Assembly: GCA_043228905.1 (NCBI GenBank)
Contig: JBHGNT010000015.1
Span: 17,298,001-17,362,000 of the forward strand
DNA: 64,000 nucleotides
DNA from: Azolla caroliniana
Taxonomy: Eukaryota > Plantae > Polypodiophyta
Reading direction: 5' to 3'
Shown here: piece by piece, positions 59,762 to 64,000 of the stretch
How positions within the stretch are numbered: position 1 is the stretch's first letter
How the letters are laid out: every line of letters starts with the position of its first letter
Position numbers and translations under genes: made by a program
The notes under the pieces: generated by a model
What the model saw: the letters and a program-made list of their open reading frames with translations, nothing else
Told to the model about the DNA's origin: nothing
Databases searched by the model: none

Positions 59762-62700
59762 TGTTAGGAACAGTACGAAGACAGAGAAGGAATTAGTACT
59801 AAAAGAAGTATTAGTACTAAGAGAGGTGAAGAACTCTCGAGAGAAGGAAAGAGTGAGTGAGAGGGAGGGAGAGAGAGAGTGTGTGATGATAAGAAGAGAT
59901 ATATATTATATGAAGAAAATGTACAGTAGCTAGGAGGCTTAAGACTGGCGTTGAACCGATTTGGTTCGAAATAATGCCTTGTGCCTCCTTTTATAGTGTT
60001 CTACGGAATACTCTTGAAGTTTCTAGAATGTTCCAAAGAAATCTGGAATATACATCAATTTTCTATAATAAAACATAAATGAAAATAATATTTTACGTAT
60101 TACAATGTATAGTCTAATGGTCAAGAGCTCGACCCATGTAGCATAAGGTCATGGGTTTGAGTCTTGCCATATCATGACACTATCCCCCCATTAAAATGAC
60201 GAGTGTAACGAGTCGTTTTGGATTGAGGACCCGGTTTTTCTGGATATTGACGATGGAAGTCTTCAAGAAGAGCACGAGCATTCGTGACATTCTCTATCGG
60301 TTCCCAAGTACGCTCACTGGGACTATATCCTAGCTAATCGACTAGATAGTAGAGCTTGTTGCAAACAAGCTTGGAATCAAGGATGGCGGCAACCTCGTAC
60401 TCAGGTCCATCTTCAAGCTCAATCGGGGGTGGAGGTTGTGTAATACGTCCTGGGATGGTGCTCTCTTGATAGGGTTCAAGGAGAGAACTATGAAACACCG
60501 GATGTATCCGAAGTTGTGGAGGTAGATCAAGACGAAAAGAGACATCATTAATCTTTCCTATAATATAGAAGGGACCTAATCGCCGATAATCCAACTTCTC
60601 GCATGGGCGAGTAGTCTTGATGTGTCGTAGGAGTAGCCATACCCGATCTCCAATGTTAAAACTAGATGGGAGTCGATGACGATCCGCATAAACCTTGTGT
60701 GTTTCTTGAGCTTGTTGGAGATGAGTAGATAAATCCGCTTGTATCTTGCGTAACCTCTCCAAACGATCCTCTGCCCAAGGATTTGTGGACACCTCTGGGG
60801 TTTCAAGTACACACCACTGGGGGTGACATCCCGTATAAGCATAAAATGGTGTAACTTTAGTGGATGCGTGGATAGAGTTGTTATAGGAAAATTCGGCGAA
60901 GTGGAGAATATCTGCCCAGTTATCCTGATGATAGCTAAGAAAGCACCGCAGATACTGCTCCAGCGTTTGATTGGTTCGTTCGGCTTGGCCGTTGGTTTGT
61001 GGGTGGTAGCCGGAGGAGAGGTTACAAGTGACCTTGAGCATGTTAAAAAGGTGCTTCCAGAATTTTGACACGAACTGGGGTCCACGGTCGTTGATGATAC
61101 TATCGGGAAGTCCATGATGCCGACATATTTCATGCATGAAAATTACTGGAAGATCTGTGATGAAGTCTAGAGCAATGGATTGCCACGGCTTGCTTGGAAT
61201 TGGTAATGGTTCTAATAAACCATATGGATGATGCCTTGGCATTTTCGCTCTGCAGCATGTATCACAAGTCCGAACAAAATCTTCGACAAATTGTCGCATA
61301 CAGGGCCACCAGAATGATCGTTGTACTAAATGTAGCGTTTTAGTACTACCAAAATGCCCAGCTGTATATGTGTCAAGACAGTTTTGTACTACTTGAAGGC
61401 GGCAAGAACCATTAGGAACATACAAAAGCTCTTTAAAGAAGAGTAATCCATCATGGTATTTGAATTGCCGATAGTCCGTACCTGGTGGTTGCGACTGTGA
61501 ACACGACCCTCGAGAGGGATCAATTTGTGCTAGTATAGCTTGGGCGAACACATCTGTCTTCAAGTCTTCGTGTATGGTATCCGTAACGCGGGAATCCATG
61601 GGCATGTCAAAGATCTGTGTTGCTTGTAGTCGTGCCGGTCCCAAGATGACTTGTTTTTGGTTATCGAAAGCTGGCTCGCCGAGACGGGGTGCTAGATACG
61701 AACGCCGTGATAATGCATCTGCCTTCCCTTGGTGCTTCCCCGGACGATATGTAATTTTGAAGTCGAAACGCGTGAGGAAGTGGGCCCACCGAGCTTGACG
61801 TCGATTCAACACACGAGCATCCTGAAAGCAGGCAAGGTTCTTGTGGTCACTAAATACGGTGACCGGATGAGAGGATCCCTCCAGAAAATGCCTCCATTGC
61901 ATAAAAGAATCCACTATTGCCAATAGCTCCTTATCATGAATTTCGTAGTTGATTTCGGCGGCGTCAAACTTGCGTGAGTGAAAAGCCACAGGATGTAGCT
62001 TCTCATCATTCCCCTGTTGTGACAAAATTCTCCCCAATGCAAAATCCGATGCATCAGCTTCGATAATGAATGGTTTTTCCGGATCGACATGAGCTAGAAT
62101 TGGAGCCAATGTAAATGCCTTTTTAAGACTCTCGAAATACATGTCCGTTTCTTCAGAACAGATGAACGGTTGTCCCTTCCTGGTAAGTTGTGTGAGAGGT
62201 AGAACAATCTTTGAGTAATCTTGTATGAACTTCCAGTAAAAATTGGCAAAGCCTAGGAAGCATTGCACATCCCGCACCGAACGCGGAGTCTACCATTCTA
62301 CCACTGTTTTGACCTTAGCTGGGTCCATGGAGATGCCTTTTGACGAAATGATGTAGCCGAGAAATTCCACTTGGTTGCACCCGAAACTACATTTTTCCAG
62401 CTTTGCATACAAACCATGTTCTCGAAGTCGTTTTAGTACTAATAGTACATGAGAATCATGTTCTTCTTGGGTCTTTGAATAAACCAGTAGATCATCCAAA
62501 TAGATGATCAAACAATCATCCAATAGATCTCGGAATATATCATTAGCCATGTGCTAGAGGACTGTCGGCGCATTAGTGAGGCCGAACGGCATGACCGTAC
62601 ACTCAAAGTGCCCATATCTAGTGCAAAACGCGGTCTTCCATTCGTCTCCTGGTCGGATCCGTACGAGGTTATATGCTCTCCCCGTAAGTCGATCTTCGTG

Positions 62701-63314
62701 AAGAACCTGGCACCATTGATCCGTTCTAAAAGACTAAGATAAGGGGAAGAGCATACCTATTCCTGATTGTAACCTTATTCAGGCCACGGTAATCTACAAC
62801 GAGACGAAACGATCCATCCTTTTTCTTGACGAAGAAAATGGGCACGCCGGCTGGAGATTTCGAATGCCGAATGAAACCATTTTCCAAATTCTCCTCTATG
62901 TAGGCCCGAAGGACTTCCAGCTCGGTTGGTGACAAATTGTAGATCGGTCCCCATGGCGACTCTTTTCCCGGTTGTAAATCGATGGGGCAATCGTACGGTC
63001 GATGATGAGGAAGTGTATTGGCTTGTACTTTATCGAAAACATCGGCGTAATGACGATACTTCTCGGGAAGTTGAACGGTGGATTCTTCTTTAGTGGTGCT
63101 GGAGGGGTTTACTGATATTGCAAAGAGGAACATTTCCTCCTTGTGCCCTTCTTTACGCAACTGATGTAGCGAAATGGTTGCCATCTTCTGAGTTGACCCT
63201 TGGGTTTGTCAACACCGGATTTCTCTTGTTCTCCAATCTATGTCTGGGTTATGTAACTCGAACCACGGCAATCCTAAAACTATGGGATGTTTTGGGATAC
63301 TAATAATATTAAAT
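59762..63314 (-). mobile_element. Chromovirus (Tcn1-like) gypsy: 3' LTR 59762-60179, PPT, RT-RH-INT-chromodomain; cut by a copia at 63315
   Basis: [55 protein letters not shown], and chromodomain EYEVAAILDSK..YYLVD*LGY..TWEP. PPT TGGGGGGATAG at 60180-60191. Confidence 0.92.
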
Positions 63315-64000
63315 TGTTGAACACAGTGCTCGGCCACCACCGAGGAATAGGATCAACTTACAGAAAACAGGAAATACAAAATGCACAAAGACAATAGAGA
63401 GAAGAGTACACAGGATGTTTTACGTGGAAAACCCTAAGTGGGAAAAACCACGGGAGTCCTCAAACTCCAACTATCACTATAAACAGAGATGTACAATGGT
63501 GAAGCTACAAGGCAACAACCCTGAGCTCACTGTCTTCGCCACAGGCGGCGGTAATACACAGAGGCAACGACCTCTTCGTCTCTCTCTCTCTCTCTCTCTC
63601 TCGGCTGCTCACTTAGCTCCCTCTAAGTGGAAAACAGAAAGATGAGCAACAACAACAAATTGTTTGCCCTAAGTCATATTTATACACATATGACTTTCGG
63701 GCTATTTACAAATATAGCCTCAAGGGCCCTTGGCAAACATATTCACAGATATGTCCCCGCATCCGGATCTCTTCTCCGGGTACATTCGTCATCCGGCTCC
63801 GTAGCCGGGGTCTTCGTCATCCGGCTTCCGAACATCTGACCATCCCATCCGGAGGGACCGTAATCCCAACAAACTTCCCCTTCACTTCGGCATGGGATGT
63901 CTTTCCAGTCCAACCCTCTTCCGGCATGCTTCCAGCTTGTCGGGTGTGAGCACTTTGGTCAGCATATCTGACCCGTTCTCGTCCGTGTGGATCTTTGTCA
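63315..64000 (-). mobile_element. 3' end of an A/D-family copia: 3' LTR 63315-63871, PPT, RNase H C-terminus
   Basis: TGTTG...CAACA termini; PPT TGAAGGGGGAAGTT at 63872-63885; KIHTDENGSDMLTKVL; (CT)n near 63580-63602. Confidence 0.9.

Overview
There is no intact host gene in this window. It is eukaryotic, transposon-dense DNA, most likely from a seed-free land plant such as a fern or lycophyte (inferred from plant tRNA-type primer binding sites, GT-AG introns and the transposon lineages present). Most of it is nested LTR retrotransposons. An old Ty1/copia (26012-29461) has an Athila-like Ty3/gypsy in its LTR (4380-26011, minus). That gypsy carries two copias (1-4379 and 11690-24831), and the second copia hosts a very young, apparently intact gypsy (16986-24313). 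A second full-length member of that gypsy family lies at 36760-43818, with older relics at 35390-36462 and 51774-54536. The family combines a tRNA-Trp primer site, 4-bp ACGC target duplications, a DHG protease motif, and a conserved G_GAU_UUU slippery site plus predicted pseudoknot between protease and RT. Other content: an intron-containing Sola2-like DNA transposase pseudogene, a hAT BED-finger relic, chromovirus-type gypsies, tRNA-Ser-like pseudogenes, tRNA-like A/B boxes in the U3 ends of several LTR families, and tandem arrays with periods of 54, 56, 62, 147, 151 and 260 bp. All coordinates and mismatch counts were read by eye and may be off by a few bases. Lineage names come from motif recognition, not database searches.
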